Assembly: GCA_963822965.1 (NCBI GenBank)
Contig: CAWGJT010000005.1
Coordinates: 1,600,001-1,664,000 of the forward strand
Length of the DNA stretch: 64,000 nucleotides
Direction of reading: 5' to 3'
Source of the DNA: an uncultured delta proteobacterium
Lineage (GTDB): Bacteria; Myxococcota_A; UBA9160; UBA4427
Of the stretch, positions 11,461-22,143 are shown in pieces. Both the position numbers and the translations under genes were made by a program. Every line of letters begins with the position of its first letter. The stretch's first letter is position 1. The notes beneath the pieces are model-generated. The model searched no databases. It had not been told where the DNA came from and saw only the letters and a program-made list of their open reading frames with translations.

Positions 11461-11475
11461 TATAGCGGCGTTATA
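11461..11475. promoter_or_regulatory. putative TetR operator (imperfect palindrome)
   Basis: TATAGCG-G-CGTTATA (6/7 arm match) in an AT-richer patch about 30 bp upstream of the TetR start. Confidence 0.4.
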
Positions 11476-11557
11476 CGTCCATCTTGATACAACAGACGCG
11501 AGCGCACCGGCAACTCCCTCCGCCCGGCCGGCGGTCCGGCAAACCCGGGGCGGCGCA

Positions 11558-11722
11558 CTAGAGCCCATCTCACAGGCCCCGACCGAGCCAGGCGAGCGAG
11601 CTCGCCCCGAGATCGAGGCGCGAAAGCGAAGGCGTAGTGTCGCTACGGCGAGGTTTCGCAACGATGAGATCGGGGCGAAGACGCCGCCCGGCGACCGAGC
11701 GGGCTTGTGAGGTGGGCTCTAG
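11558..11722. mobile_element. MITE-like non-autonomous element / long nested hairpin
   Basis: 22-bp terminal inverted repeats (20/22) bounded by CTAG at each end, nested internal inverted repeats, no plausible coding capacity. Confidence 0.7.
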
Positions 11723-11733
11723 ACTGGGAGGCC

Positions 11734-12063
11734 ATGAGCGACCCGCCTCCCGACCCGGCGCCCGAAGACCGCGCCGAGCACGTCCTGCGGACCTTCCTCG
11801 AAGAGCCGATGCTCTGGCCGGTCGCACTCGTGGTCTTCCTGACCGCCATCACGTTCGGCGCGGCGATCCTGGTCTTCGCGATCCGGCTGCGGGGCCTGGT
11901 GGCGGGGGCGGCGCTGCTGATGCTGATCTTCCTGTCCGTGTGGGGCCTGGACCAGGACATCCGGGACCGGCGCCTGCGGCCCACCAGCCGCGTGGTGCTG
12001 GGCCTGTGGGTGGGCAGCGGCCTGGCCGCGGTAGCCCTCGACTGGCTCGGGGCCTTCCAGTAG
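11734..12063 (+). CDS. hypothetical small membrane protein (about 3 TM segments)
   Basis: GGGAGG RBS then ATG at 11734; hydrophobic stretches; GC3-rich codons. Confidence 0.7.
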   Translation: MSDPPPDPAPEDRAEHVLRTFLEEPMLWPVALVVFLTAITFGAAILVFAIRLRGLVAGAALLMLIFLSVWGLDQDIRDRRLRPTSRVVLGLWVGSGLAAVALDWLGAFQ

Positions 12064-12139
12064 GGCCCGGCCACGACACACAACAGATGCGCGGCAGAAC
12101 GGCCGATGGAGCGGGGGAGATCCAGGCCGGGAGCCCGCC

Positions 12140-13624
<1,485 letters not shown>

Positions 13625-13632
13625 AGGCCACC

Positions 13633-14307
13633 ATGCCGGGCTTCTACGGGGCGGGAGACGGCTGGCTGGCGGCGCGGGTGCTCTTTCTCGTGCCGGTCCT
13701 GCTCTCGCTCACGGTCCACGAGTTCGCCCACGCCTGGACGGCGCGCGCCCTCGGCGACGACACCGCCGAGCGTGCCGGGCGTCTCACCCTGAACCCCCTC
13801 GAGCACATCGATCCCGTGGGCCTGCTGCTGCCGTTGCTCGGCGTCCCCTTCGGCTGGGCGAAGCCCGTGCCCGTGGATCCCGCCCGCTTCTCGCCCGGGG
13901 TGAGCATGGAGACGGGGCTGGTCCTCACCGCCGGGGCGGGCCCCCTCTCGAACGGGGTGATCGCGATCCTGGCCACGGTCGCCATGGGCCTCTGGGCCCG
14001 CTTCGATCCGGCCGCCGCCACGGCGGGCGGCGGGTCCTGGGCCATGCTGCAGAGCGTCGCATTCCTGAACCTGCTGCTCGCGCTCTTCAACCTGCTGCCG
14101 GTTCCGCCCCTGGACGGCAGCCGCATCGCGGACGGCCTGATGCCCCGTTCCCTGCGCCCCGCCTGGGAGACCTTCTCGCGTCTCGGCCCCCTGGCCCTGC
14201 TCGCGGTGCTCTTCCTGCCCGCGCTCGCCGGCGTGAGCCTCCTCGCCTGGCCCCTCGCCCGGGCGCACGCCCTGCTCGACGCAATCTTCGCGCTGCTCGC
14301 GGGCTGA
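13633..14307 (+). CDS. site-2 protease family (M50) intramembrane zinc metalloprotease
   Basis: [41 protein letters not shown]. Confidence 0.92.
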   Translation: MPGFYGAGDGWLAARVLFLVPVLLSLTVHEFAHAWTARALGDDTAERAGRLTLNPLEHIDPVGLLLPLLGVPFGWAKPVPVDPARFSPGVSMETGLVLTAGAGPLSNGVIAILATVAMGLWARFDPAAATAGGGSWAMLQSVAFLNLLLALFNLLPVPPLDGSRIADGLMPRSLRPAWETFSRLGPLALLAVLFLPALAGVSLLAWPLARAHALLDAIFALLAG

Positions 14308-14408
14308 CTCGCAGGCACGGGCGTCTGCGGGTTATCATCGCGCTCCCTTCCCCGTCCCTCTTTCGCCACCTCCCATTCCTCCATTCCCCCACGCGCGGAG
14401 ACACACCG

Positions 14409-15635
14409 ATGGCCATCGACTTCAGCTTCCCCCCCGAGATCGAACAGGTGCGCATGCGCGTGCGCGACTTCTGCGAGCAGGTGGTGCGTCCGGCGGAGAA
14501 GGAGATCGACGCCAACGAGGGCGACCGCGGCGTGCTGGTGAAGCAGGTGATCAAGATGCGCAAGACCGCCCAGGAATGGGGCCTGTGGCTGCCGCACATG
14601 CCCGAGGAGTACGGCGGCATGGGCCTCGGTCACGTGGCCATGGCGAGCGTCTCCGCCGAGGCGGCAAAGACCCGCTTCGGTCCCTTCGCGCTGAACGCCC
14701 AGGCGCCCGACGAGGGCAACATGCACACCCTGCTGCACTGGGCGACGGACGCGCAGAAGGAGAAGTACCTGCGCCCCCTGTGCAACGGCACCATGCGCTC
14801 GTGCTTCGCGATGACCGAGCCCGAGGTGGCCGGCTCGGACCCCACGCTGATCCGCACCGAGGCGGTGGAGGACGGCGACCACTGGCTGATCAACGGCCAC
14901 AAGTGGTTCATCTCCGGCGCCCGCGGCGCGCAGTTCGCCATCCTGATCGCGCGCACCGAGAACGACCCCGAGGTTCCCCAGGCCGTGAACTCGGCGTTCC
15001 TCGTGGACATCCCGTCCGACGGCTGGGAGATCGTGCGCGACGTCGAGACGATGAGCGGCTCCCACAATCACTGCGAGATCCGCATCGAGAACCTGCGCGT
15101 CCACAAGGACCAGATGCTGGGCGGCCGCGGCCAGGGCCACCGCCTGGGCCAGGCCCGCCTCGGCCCCGCGCGCCTCGCCCACTGCATGCGCTGGATCGGG
15201 CAGGCCGAGACCGCCCTGAACATGACGATCGATCGCGCGCTCAAGCGCTTCGCCCACGGCTCCCTGCTGGCCGAGAAGCAGGGCATCCAGTGGATGATCG
15301 CCGACTCGACGATGGAGCTGTACCAGTCGAAGCTGATGGTGCTGCACGCCGCCTACCGCATCGACAACGGGCTGGAGTTCAAGAGCGAGGTCTCGATGGC
15401 GAAGCACTTCGTCGCCAACGCCCTCGGCCGCATCGTCGACCGCGCGATCCAGGTGCACGGCGCCCTCGGCTACTCGACGGACACGCCGCTGGCGAGCATG
15501 GCCACCCACGCCCGCTGGGCGCGCTTCGCCGACGGGGCCGACGAGGTGCACCAGTGGCGCATCGCCCAGCGCGCCATCGAGGCCTACGCGAAGACCGGCA
15601 GCGTGGCGGCCGCGGCGGGTGACCTCCCGCTCTAG
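14409..15635 (+). CDS. acyl-CoA dehydrogenase (ACAD10/11-like group)
   Basis: APDEGNM, FAMTEPEVAGSD, INGHKWFISG, RLGPARLAHCMR, ARFADGADEVH. Confidence 0.92.
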   Translation: MAIDFSFPPEIEQVRMRVRDFCEQVVRPAEKEIDANEGDRGVLVKQVIKMRKTAQEWGLWLPHMPEEYGGMGLGHVAMASVSAEAAKTRFGPFALNAQAPDEGNMHTLLHWATDAQKEKYLRPLCNGTMRSCFAMTEPEVAGSDPTLIRTEAVEDGDHWLINGHKWFISGARGAQFAILIARTENDPEVPQAVNSAFLVDIPSDGWEIVRDVETMSGSHNHCEIRIENLRVHKDQMLGGRGQGHRLGQARLGPARLAHCMRWIGQAETALNMTIDRALKRFAHGSLLAEKQGIQWMIADSTMELYQSKLMVLHAAYRIDNGLEFKSEVSMAKHFVANALGRIVDRAIQVHGALGYSTDTPLASMATHARWARFADGADEVHQWRIAQRAIEAYAKTGSVAAAAGDLPL

Positions 15636-15661
15636 CCCGGCCTCGGCCACTCAGGCTGCCC

Positions 15662-15705
15662 TGCTTCGGCCGCGCAGCCTGCCATGCTTCGGCCGCGCAG
15701 CCTGC
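15662..15705. repeat. 21-bp direct repeat, 2 copies plus degenerate flanks
   Basis: TGCTTCGGCCGCGCAGCCTGC at 15662-15682 and 15685-15705. Confidence 0.85.
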
Positions 15706-15744
15706 TTGGCTTCGGCCTTCCGCTCGCCCGGAGGCGGGGGCCGC

Positions 15745-16449
15745 TCAGCTCGCCCGAACCTCGGCGAGATAGTCCGCGAGCTGGGTGGGGTCCATGAAGG
15801 TGCGCCAGCCGAGGCCGCCGGCGTCCTTCACGCGCCGCTCCCAGCCGGCGATCCGGTTGCGGAAGACCGCGGGATCCGCGTTGTCGGCGCCGAGCCGCTT
15901 CACGTTCATGGCGGCGACCCAGATGCCCGCGAACTCGTCCTTCGCGAGCTTGCGCTGGGTGCCGGGCGCCAGGTCCTCCTCGAGGTCGCTGAAGACGAGC
16001 ATCACCCGGCTTCCGCTCGCGAGCTCGTCCAGGTACTCCCCCGCCAGCATCATCGCTCCGGGGATGTCCGTGTGCGAGGCGGGCTGCGCCCGGGCGGCGA
16101 GCGCGTCGAGCTTCTGGGCCAGGGCGAGCTTCTGGGCGTTCGCCCGGGACGGCCGCGGGTCCAGGGTGACCAGCGCCTCCAGGTTGTCCTTCTCGTAGCT
16201 CTCGCCGTCGATGCGCACGACGAGCAGGGTGTCGCCCGGCTCCATGGCCGGCAGCACCTCGCGCTTCAGGATGCGCACCACCTCGGGCGCCTGGTCGGCG
16301 TAGGTGCCGGACTCGTCGATGAGCACGCAGATGGCCTGGTCGTAGCGGGACTCGTCGTCGCAAGCGACGAGGAGTGCCGCCATGCCGAGGACGCCGGCGG
16401 CGATCGCGGCGCGCAGGGTCCACGAGAGCGTTCGCGGGTTCGTCTTCAT
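15745..16449 (-). CDS. VWA-domain lipoprotein
   Basis: GGAG RBS and ATG at 16449; signal peptide ending LLVAC; MIDAS-like residues LIDESGT, TDIPGA, VFSD. Confidence 0.75.
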   Translation of the reverse strand: MKTNPRTLSWTLRAAIAAGVLGMAALLVACDDESRYDQAICVLIDESGTYADQAPEVVRILKREVLPAMEPGDTLLVVRIDGESYEKDNLEALVTLDPRPSRANAQKLALAQKLDALAARAQPASHTDIPGAMMLAGEYLDELASGSRVMLVFSDLEEDLAPGTQRKLAKDEFAGIWVAAMNVKRLGADNADPAVFRNRIAGWERRVKDAGGLGWRTFMDPTQLADYLAEVRAS

Positions 16450-17907
16450 GCTGCCGTCTCCCGGGGCTTGGACGGCGTGGAGACGTCGCGCCCGCCCATG
16501 TAGGCCGACCGGTCGCTCATCGGGCTCCTGCCGGATCATGGATTCGATGCGGAGCGGGATCGCGACGTAGACGTCGTAGACGCTGCCCACGAGCCCGGTC
16601 GCGTGACGCGCCACGTGGGCGCCGCCCGCGGCGATGGCGCCTGCAGCGCGCAGGGCCAGCACCGCGAGCGCCGCCAGGATGTGGCGTCCGCTGTCGATCA
16701 GCATCTCGAGGGGAACGGCGACCAGGGCGAGGATCCAGGGCAGGATGAAGCCCAGCACCGCCTGCCCGATCACCGGGATCATCGACTCGCTGGCCGACGC
16801 GACCATGCGGCTCTCCTCTCCCGCCAGCGAGAGCTTGAGCGCCGACTCCGCCTCGACGATCTGCTCGCGCAGGATCGCGAGCGAGCTCTCGACGCCGGCC
16901 AGGAAGAAGAGCCCGAGCAGCCCGAGGCAGAGCATCAGTCGGCGCCGCGAGCGCGGCATGGTGCCGAGCTTCGGGAACAGCTCGGTGATGCCGAGCATGT
17001 CCATCAGGAAGATGCCGAGGGCCGCCTCCATCAGGACGAGCACCAGGGCCGAGACCGTCGAGACGGGGATGCCGCCCACCCGCGCGCCGGCCGGAACCAG
17101 CTCGGACATGGGCAGCGCGATCAGCTGGAAGTTGATGAATGCGGCGCCGAACGCGATGCCGAGCACGCACGCCGAGACGAGGAAGAGCTTCGCGGCGGAG
17201 AACGTGAGCGCCCGCGCCGCCTCCTCCCGGTCCTGGCGGATCTTCTCGTAGTCCTCGACGAAGGCGTTGATCCGCGTCGAGCTCTCGAGCGCCTGGGCGA
17301 CCGAGTCCTGCATGCGCGCCAGGAGGCCGCGGATCTCCTTCCAGGCGGGCAGCATGGCGCCGAGGATCTTGTGGCGCCGCGCGGAGTCGTCCCGGAACGC
17401 CTGGAGCGCCTTCTTCTCCGCTTCCTCCGACGACTTGCGGATGCCCTCGAGCACCTTCTGGATGTTCGGGTCACCCGCCATGGGAATGTTCGCGATGGTC
17501 CCGACGGCCTCCGACCAGCCCGGAACCTCGGGCGGCACGACGCCGCACTCCTGGTAGTCGCTCTCGAGGGACAGGAGCTTGTCGCCCAGGCGACGCTGGA
17601 GCGCCGCGTACTGGCCGAGCTGCTGAGAGAAGCCCGTGTCCACCCGCTGCAGCTCGCGATCGAGACGCCCCTGGGCTTCCCGCGTCCCCGCCGCCAGCAG
17701 CACGTCCCGGCTGCGTTCGTTCAGCTCGTCGGCAGCGGACGCGCAGCGGCGACCGATCGCCGCCAGCCCGTCGGCCGCCCCCCCACCGAGCCCCTGCAGC
17801 AGCCGCAGCATCGAGCCACGCGCTGCCCACAGGAAGATCACGCTCACCACCCACAGAATGAAGAGGGAGGCCAGGGGATTCCCGGGCCAGATGTAGGCTG
17901 CTTCCAT
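16446..17907 (-). CDS. hypothetical membrane protein (N-terminal TM, long helical region, several C-terminal TMs); probable frameshift near 16520
   Basis: GGGAGG RBS and ATG at 17907 (MEAAYIWPGNP); the GC3-favoured frame near the end reads SDRSAYMGGRDVSTPSKPRETAA* with TGA overlapping the next ATG. Confidence 0.72.
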
Positions 17908-18111
17908 CGTCGCTTCCTCCCACCGAGTGATCCCCAATCGGACGAGCCACCCCCCAGGTCCGTGAGTCGGAACACGGAAGGTAGGCGGCGCCCCGCCCGC
18001 AACGGACGTGCGGAGTACAGGCACCCGAGGCGCGCCTTCTCGTCCAGGCACCCGGATGGGCGATTCAAGAGAAGGATCGGGCCTGCCGATCCACGCCCGA
18101 AGGGGGAATCC

Positions 18112-18873
18112 GTGGAAGCGTTCGCCGGCTCGGCCATCCTGCTGCTCGTAGGGGTCTCGACCGTGGTCGGAATCCGCCTCCTCGCTCGCTGGCGTCACGG
18201 CGGCGACCACCCCGAGCTGCTGCTCGGGCTCATGCTCCTGCTCACGGTGGGCGTCGGCTACCCGACCATGATCGGCGCCGACCGCACCCAGGGCGACCTC
18301 GCCCGCGGCCTCTTCCTGATCGCGAACGCGAGCGTGAACGTCGGCTTCTCGCTGCTCTTCCTCTTTACCTGGCGCGTCTTCCGAGCGGAATCGAGCGGGG
18401 CCCGCCTCCTCGCCGGGGCGGGGGTCGCGAGCCTGGCCGTGAACCTGGGGTTCCGCGTCTTCGGGATGATCGACGGGCCGGAGATCGCCATCGCCCGGGA
18501 GGCGCCCATGGAGAGCGTGCTCCAGATGGTGCCCGTGGCGTTCGCCTACGGCTGGACCGCCCTCGAGTCGCTCCGCTACTGGACCATGATGCGCCGGCGG
18601 GTGCGGCTCGGCCTTGCCGACGCCGCGGTCTGCAACCGCTTCCTGCTGTGGGGGCTGATGTCGATCTTCGTGATCGCGGGTCTCGGCCTCAACCTGTCCG
18701 CGATCGTCCGCCAGGTCGACGTCTTCACGTCGCCCTGGGTGATGCTCGGCTCGAGCATCACCGGGCTCTGCCAGGCGGGCCTGCTGCTCCTCGCCTTCCT
18801 GCCGCCGGTCGCCTACCTGCGCTGGCTGGCGGGCGAGGACCGCGGAGGCGCGCCCGCCTCGGCCGCCGCCTGA
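18112..18873 (+). CDS. hypothetical polytopic membrane protein (about 7 TM)
   Basis: AGGGGG RBS and GTG at 18112; repeated hydrophobic segments; GC3-rich codons. Confidence 0.72.
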   Translation: MEAFAGSAILLLVGVSTVVGIRLLARWRHGGDHPELLLGLMLLLTVGVGYPTMIGADRTQGDLARGLFLIANASVNVGFSLLFLFTWRVFRAESSGARLLAGAGVASLAVNLGFRVFGMIDGPEIAIAREAPMESVLQMVPVAFAYGWTALESLRYWTMMRRRVRLGLADAAVCNRFLLWGLMSIFVIAGLGLNLSAIVRQVDVFTSPWVMLGSSITGLCQAGLLLLAFLPPVAYLRWLAGEDRGGAPASAAA

Positions 18874-18880
18874 GGATCGC

Positions 18881-20080
18881 TCAGGCCGGGCGCCGCTGGT
18901 TCAGCTCTCGCGCGTTGTCGCGCACGATCAGCTGAACCGTCTTGTCGTCCATGCCCTCCAGCTCCTCGAGGTAGTCCAGGGGCTGGGGCATGCCCTCGAT
19001 GTGCGGCCAGTCCGAGCCGAAGATGACGCGCTCCGGACCCATGTACTCCACCACCTCGTGCGGATCGTCCTCCCAGAAGGGATTGATCCAGACGTGGCGC
19101 TTGAAGAGCTCCGCCGGGTCCTCCTTGAAGTACCCGGGCATCTTCTTGACGGTGGACGCGAGCTTCCGGAAGAGGTCCGGCAGGAACTCCGAGCCGTTCT
19201 CCACCGAGGCGACCCGCACGTTCGGGAAGCGCTCGAAGAGCTTCGCGAAGGAGATGGTGAGCAGCCAGTCGTAGGCGGCCCGCTCGATGTTGAGCATCTT
19301 GATGTTCGGGGCGCCGAAGCCCCCGAAGTTGGCCCCGAACCCGTCCCGCGCGTAGCCGTTGCTCGAGTAACCGCTGTCGCCCGCGTGGATGACGACCGTC
19401 ACCCCGGCCTCGTTGACGCGCGCCCAGAACGGGTCGAAGCGGGTATCGGCGGGTGAGTAGGGCCCCGTCTCCGTCCAGATCGGCGCCGGACGCATGACGA
19501 CCACCCGCGCGTCCCGCTCGAGGGCCCACTCCAGCTCGCGAATGCCCGCGGCGAGGTCGCCGAGGGCGATGTACGGCGCGGCGAAGATCCGGTTCTGGTA
19601 GTTGAAGCCCCAGTCCTCGGAGAGCCACTGGTTGAAGGCGCGAAACAGGATCGCCACGCCCGCCGGGTCGTGCTTCAGCAGCTCCTCGTAGAGGACGCCC
19701 AGGGTCGGGAACATCCAGCACGCCTCGACGCCCTGTGCGTCCATCACCGGAATCCGCGCCTCGCTGCGCAGGTACTCGGGTCGGATGGGCTCGCGGTCAC
19801 GCAGGAACTCGACGGGGCTCTTGCCGTGCGGATTGCCCCGGAAGTACTCGTGCATCGCGCCGGCCTTCGCGATGGGGTTGAAGGTGGGGTTCGCCACGGC
19901 CCGGCTCACGCGGCCGCCCACCACGTGGTACTTGCGCCCGCCGATCTCGGCCCACTGCACGGTGCGGGGACCGTCTTTGGGATCGAGATGGCGCGTGAAC
20001 GCGTCGAGCGCCTCGTAGTAGTGGTTGTCGGCGTCGAAGACCGGGTAGCCGAGGGTGTCGAGGGGGCTGGTGGAAGCCAC
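18881..20080 (-). CDS. amidohydrolase family protein (Amidohydro_2 type)
   Basis: DADNH, VVIHAG, SVENG, FGSDWPH. Confidence 0.88.
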   Translation of the reverse strand: MASTSPLDTLGYPVFDADNHYYEALDAFTRHLDPKDGPRTVQWAEIGGRKYHVVGGRVSRAVANPTFNPIAKAGAMHEYFRGNPHGKSPVEFLRDREPIRPEYLRSEARIPVMDAQGVEACWMFPTLGVLYEELLKHDPAGVAILFRAFNQWLSEDWGFNYQNRIFAAPYIALGDLAAGIRELEWALERDARVVVMRPAPIWTETGPYSPADTRFDPFWARVNEAGVTVVIHAGDSGYSSNGYARDGFGANFGGFGAPNIKMLNIERAAYDWLLTISFAKLFERFPNVRVASVENGSEFLPDLFRKLASTVKKMPGYFKEDPAELFKRHVWINPFWEDDPHEVVEYMGPERVIFGSDWPHIEGMPQPLDYLEELEGMDDKTVQLIVRDNARELNQRRPA

Positions 20081-20249
20081 GGAACGTCTCCTTGCTCCTT
20101 CTCACAGGAACGGGTCGCGCAGGGCTCTGGTTGCCCGCATCCGGCGGCGGGGCCTGCCGGTGGGACGTCCCCAGTCTACCGAAAGCCGCAGGCGGCCGGC
20201 TGATCCGGGTTCAGCGACGCAGCAGCCGCGCCCCGTTCGCGGCGCGAGG

Positions 20250-21299
20250 TCAGGCGCGGCCGATCCGGCGCAGGGCGCGCTCGAAGAGGCCGACGGTGGT
20301 GGCGTGGAGCACGTCGCCCGTGGCTCGAGGCGCCTTGCCCGCGCAGGCCCGTGCGTGGGTCCCTTCCAGGATGATCCCGAGCTTGTAGCAGGCGAGCACC
20401 TCGTACCAGCCCACGTGCGAGAGGTCGCGGGTGGTGCCCTGCCGGTAGCGCTCGACGAGCTCTTCGGCCTTCGGAAAGCCGTCCCACGGCTGCACGCCGA
20501 CGACCGAGGTCGCGGGCACCTCGGGGTCGGGCCAGGTGGCGAGCAGCCAGCCGAGATCGAGCAGCGGGTCTCCGATGGTGCTGAGCTCCCAATCGACGAT
20601 CGCCGCGAGGTCCGGCGCGTCGTATCGCACCATCACGTTGCCCAGGTGGTAGTCGCCGTGCAGGATGCCCGGCTCGAAGACCGCCGGGCGGTTCGCCTCG
20701 AGCCAGCTCGCCACGTCGCCGACGCCGGGGATGTCGGGCCCGGGGTAGCCCTCGAGCTCCGAGTAGCCGTCGAGCTGCGAACGCCAGCGCTCGACCTGCC
20801 GCTCGAGGTAGCCCTCCGGCCGGCCGAAGTCCTCGAGCCCCACCGCGCGATGGTCCACGCGACCGAGCGCCGCGATGGAATCCACCAGCGAGAAGCCCAT
20901 GGCGCGGCGCACGGCCGGGTCCGAGGCGTGGTACGGGGGAAGCCCCTGGGTGGGGTTGAAGCCCTCGATGGGCTCCATGAGATAGAAGGCGGCCCCGATG
21001 ACGTCCGTCTCGGGCGAGGCCGCGATCAGACGGGGATGCGGCACGTCTGTGTCACGCAGGGCGGCCAGCACCCGCGCCTCGCGTCGCATGGTCTCGTTGC
21101 TGTTGCGCCGCAGGTGCGGCGGCGGCCTTCGCAACACGAAGCGCCGCCCGCCGCGCTCGAAGCGCAGCAGGATGTTCTGGGTCCCACCCGCCAGCAGGGT
21201 GGGGGTCTCGATGGCACCGCCCACGAGCCCCTGCTCGTCCATCCAGGCGGCGAGCCGCTCGAGGTCGACGAGCTCGCGATCGACGGCCGCCTCGCTCAC
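20250..21299 (-). CDS. phosphotransferase (APH/ACAD10-11 kinase-like)
   Basis: GGTQN, FVLRRPP, LHGDYHLGN, IVDWELSTIGDP; GTG start overlaps the SDR stop. Confidence 0.88.
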   Translation of the reverse strand: MSEAAVDRELVDLERLAAWMDEQGLVGGAIETPTLLAGGTQNILLRFERGGRRFVLRRPPPHLRRNSNETMRREARVLAALRDTDVPHPRLIAASPETDVIGAAFYLMEPIEGFNPTQGLPPYHASDPAVRRAMGFSLVDSIAALGRVDHRAVGLEDFGRPEGYLERQVERWRSQLDGYSELEGYPGPDIPGVGDVASWLEANRPAVFEPGILHGDYHLGNVMVRYDAPDLAAIVDWELSTIGDPLLDLGWLLATWPDPEVPATSVVGVQPWDGFPKAEELVERYRQGTTRDLSHVGWYEVLACYKLGIILEGTHARACAGKAPRATGDVLHATTVGLFERALRRIGRA

Positions 21300-22057
21300 G
21301 GGCTGCCTCCGTCCACGCGCAGCACGGCGCCGGTCGTGAAGCTCGCGGCGTCGCTCGCCAGGTAGAGCGCGGCGCCGACGATCTCCTCCGGCTCGCCCGC
21401 GCGCTGCAGGGCCATGGTCGCCTTCGCCTGGCGCGTGAAGCCCTCGGTGCGAGACCAGGCCTTGCTCACGTCCGTGTGGAATGGGCCGGCCATGATCGTG
21501 TTGACGCGCACCTTCGGGCCGTACTCGTGGGCATAGGCCACGGTGATGGCGTTGAGGCCCGCCTTGGCCGCCGCATAGGGGGCCGTCTGGGGCGTCGGGC
21601 GGACGGCGGCGACGCTGCTGATGTTGAGGATGGAGCCCCCGTCTCCCGCCGCCATGCGGCTGCCCACGAGTGCCGTCAGCCGGAAGGGACCCTTGAGGTT
21701 CACGGCCATCACCTTGTCGTAGAGCGCCTCGCTCGTGTCCAGCGACGAGGGCGCGATGGGCGACATGCCGGCGTTGTTCACCAGCACGTCGATCCTTCCG
21801 AAGTGGTCGTAGGCCGCGTCGACCAGGGATTCGAGGGCGTTCCAGTCTCCCACGTGGCACGCCACCGCGAGGGCGCGGCGTCCCAGCTGCTCGATCTCCC
21901 GGGCGGTGGCCTGGCACGCGTCGAGCTTCCGGCTGGTCACGACGACGTCGGCACCCGCCCGCGCGAATCCCAACGCCATGGCGTGCCCGAGGCCGCGGCT
22001 CCCGCCGGTGACGAGGGCAATCTTCCCACTGAGATCGAAGCTGGGCGCGCTCGCCAA
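21296..22057 (-). CDS. short-chain dehydrogenase/reductase
   Basis: TGGSRGLG, NNAG, YAAAK; TTG start after a purine-rich RBS is inferred. Confidence 0.92.
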   Translation of the reverse strand: MASAPSFDLSGKIALVTGGSRGLGHAMALGFARAGADVVVTSRKLDACQATAREIEQLGRRALAVACHVGDWNALESLVDAAYDHFGRIDVLVNNAGMSPIAPSSLDTSEALYDKVMAVNLKGPFRLTALVGSRMAAGDGGSILNISSVAAVRPTPQTAPYAAAKAGLNAITVAYAHEYGPKVRVNTIMAGPFHTDVSKAWSRTEGFTRQAKATMALQRAGEPEEIVGAALYLASDAASFTTGAVLRVDGGSP

Positions 22058-22143
22058 GGCGACTCCCCTCTCGAAGGCCCGCATGCGCGGGGACGACCCA
22101 GGGTATCACCGAAGCGCGGTCGACGACGAGCCTGGGGTGCGGA

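Noticed and set aside
18018..18054. 10-bp direct repeat CAGGCACCCG in a divergent intergenic region
   Set aside because: Short and GC-rich; plausible by chance.
15745..18210. Single 821-aa membrane-VWA fusion protein
   Set aside because: An internal RBS, lipoprotein signal and ATGA overlap at 16446-16449, plus codon bias, indicate two genes joined by a probable indel; the first ~100 codons look non-coding.
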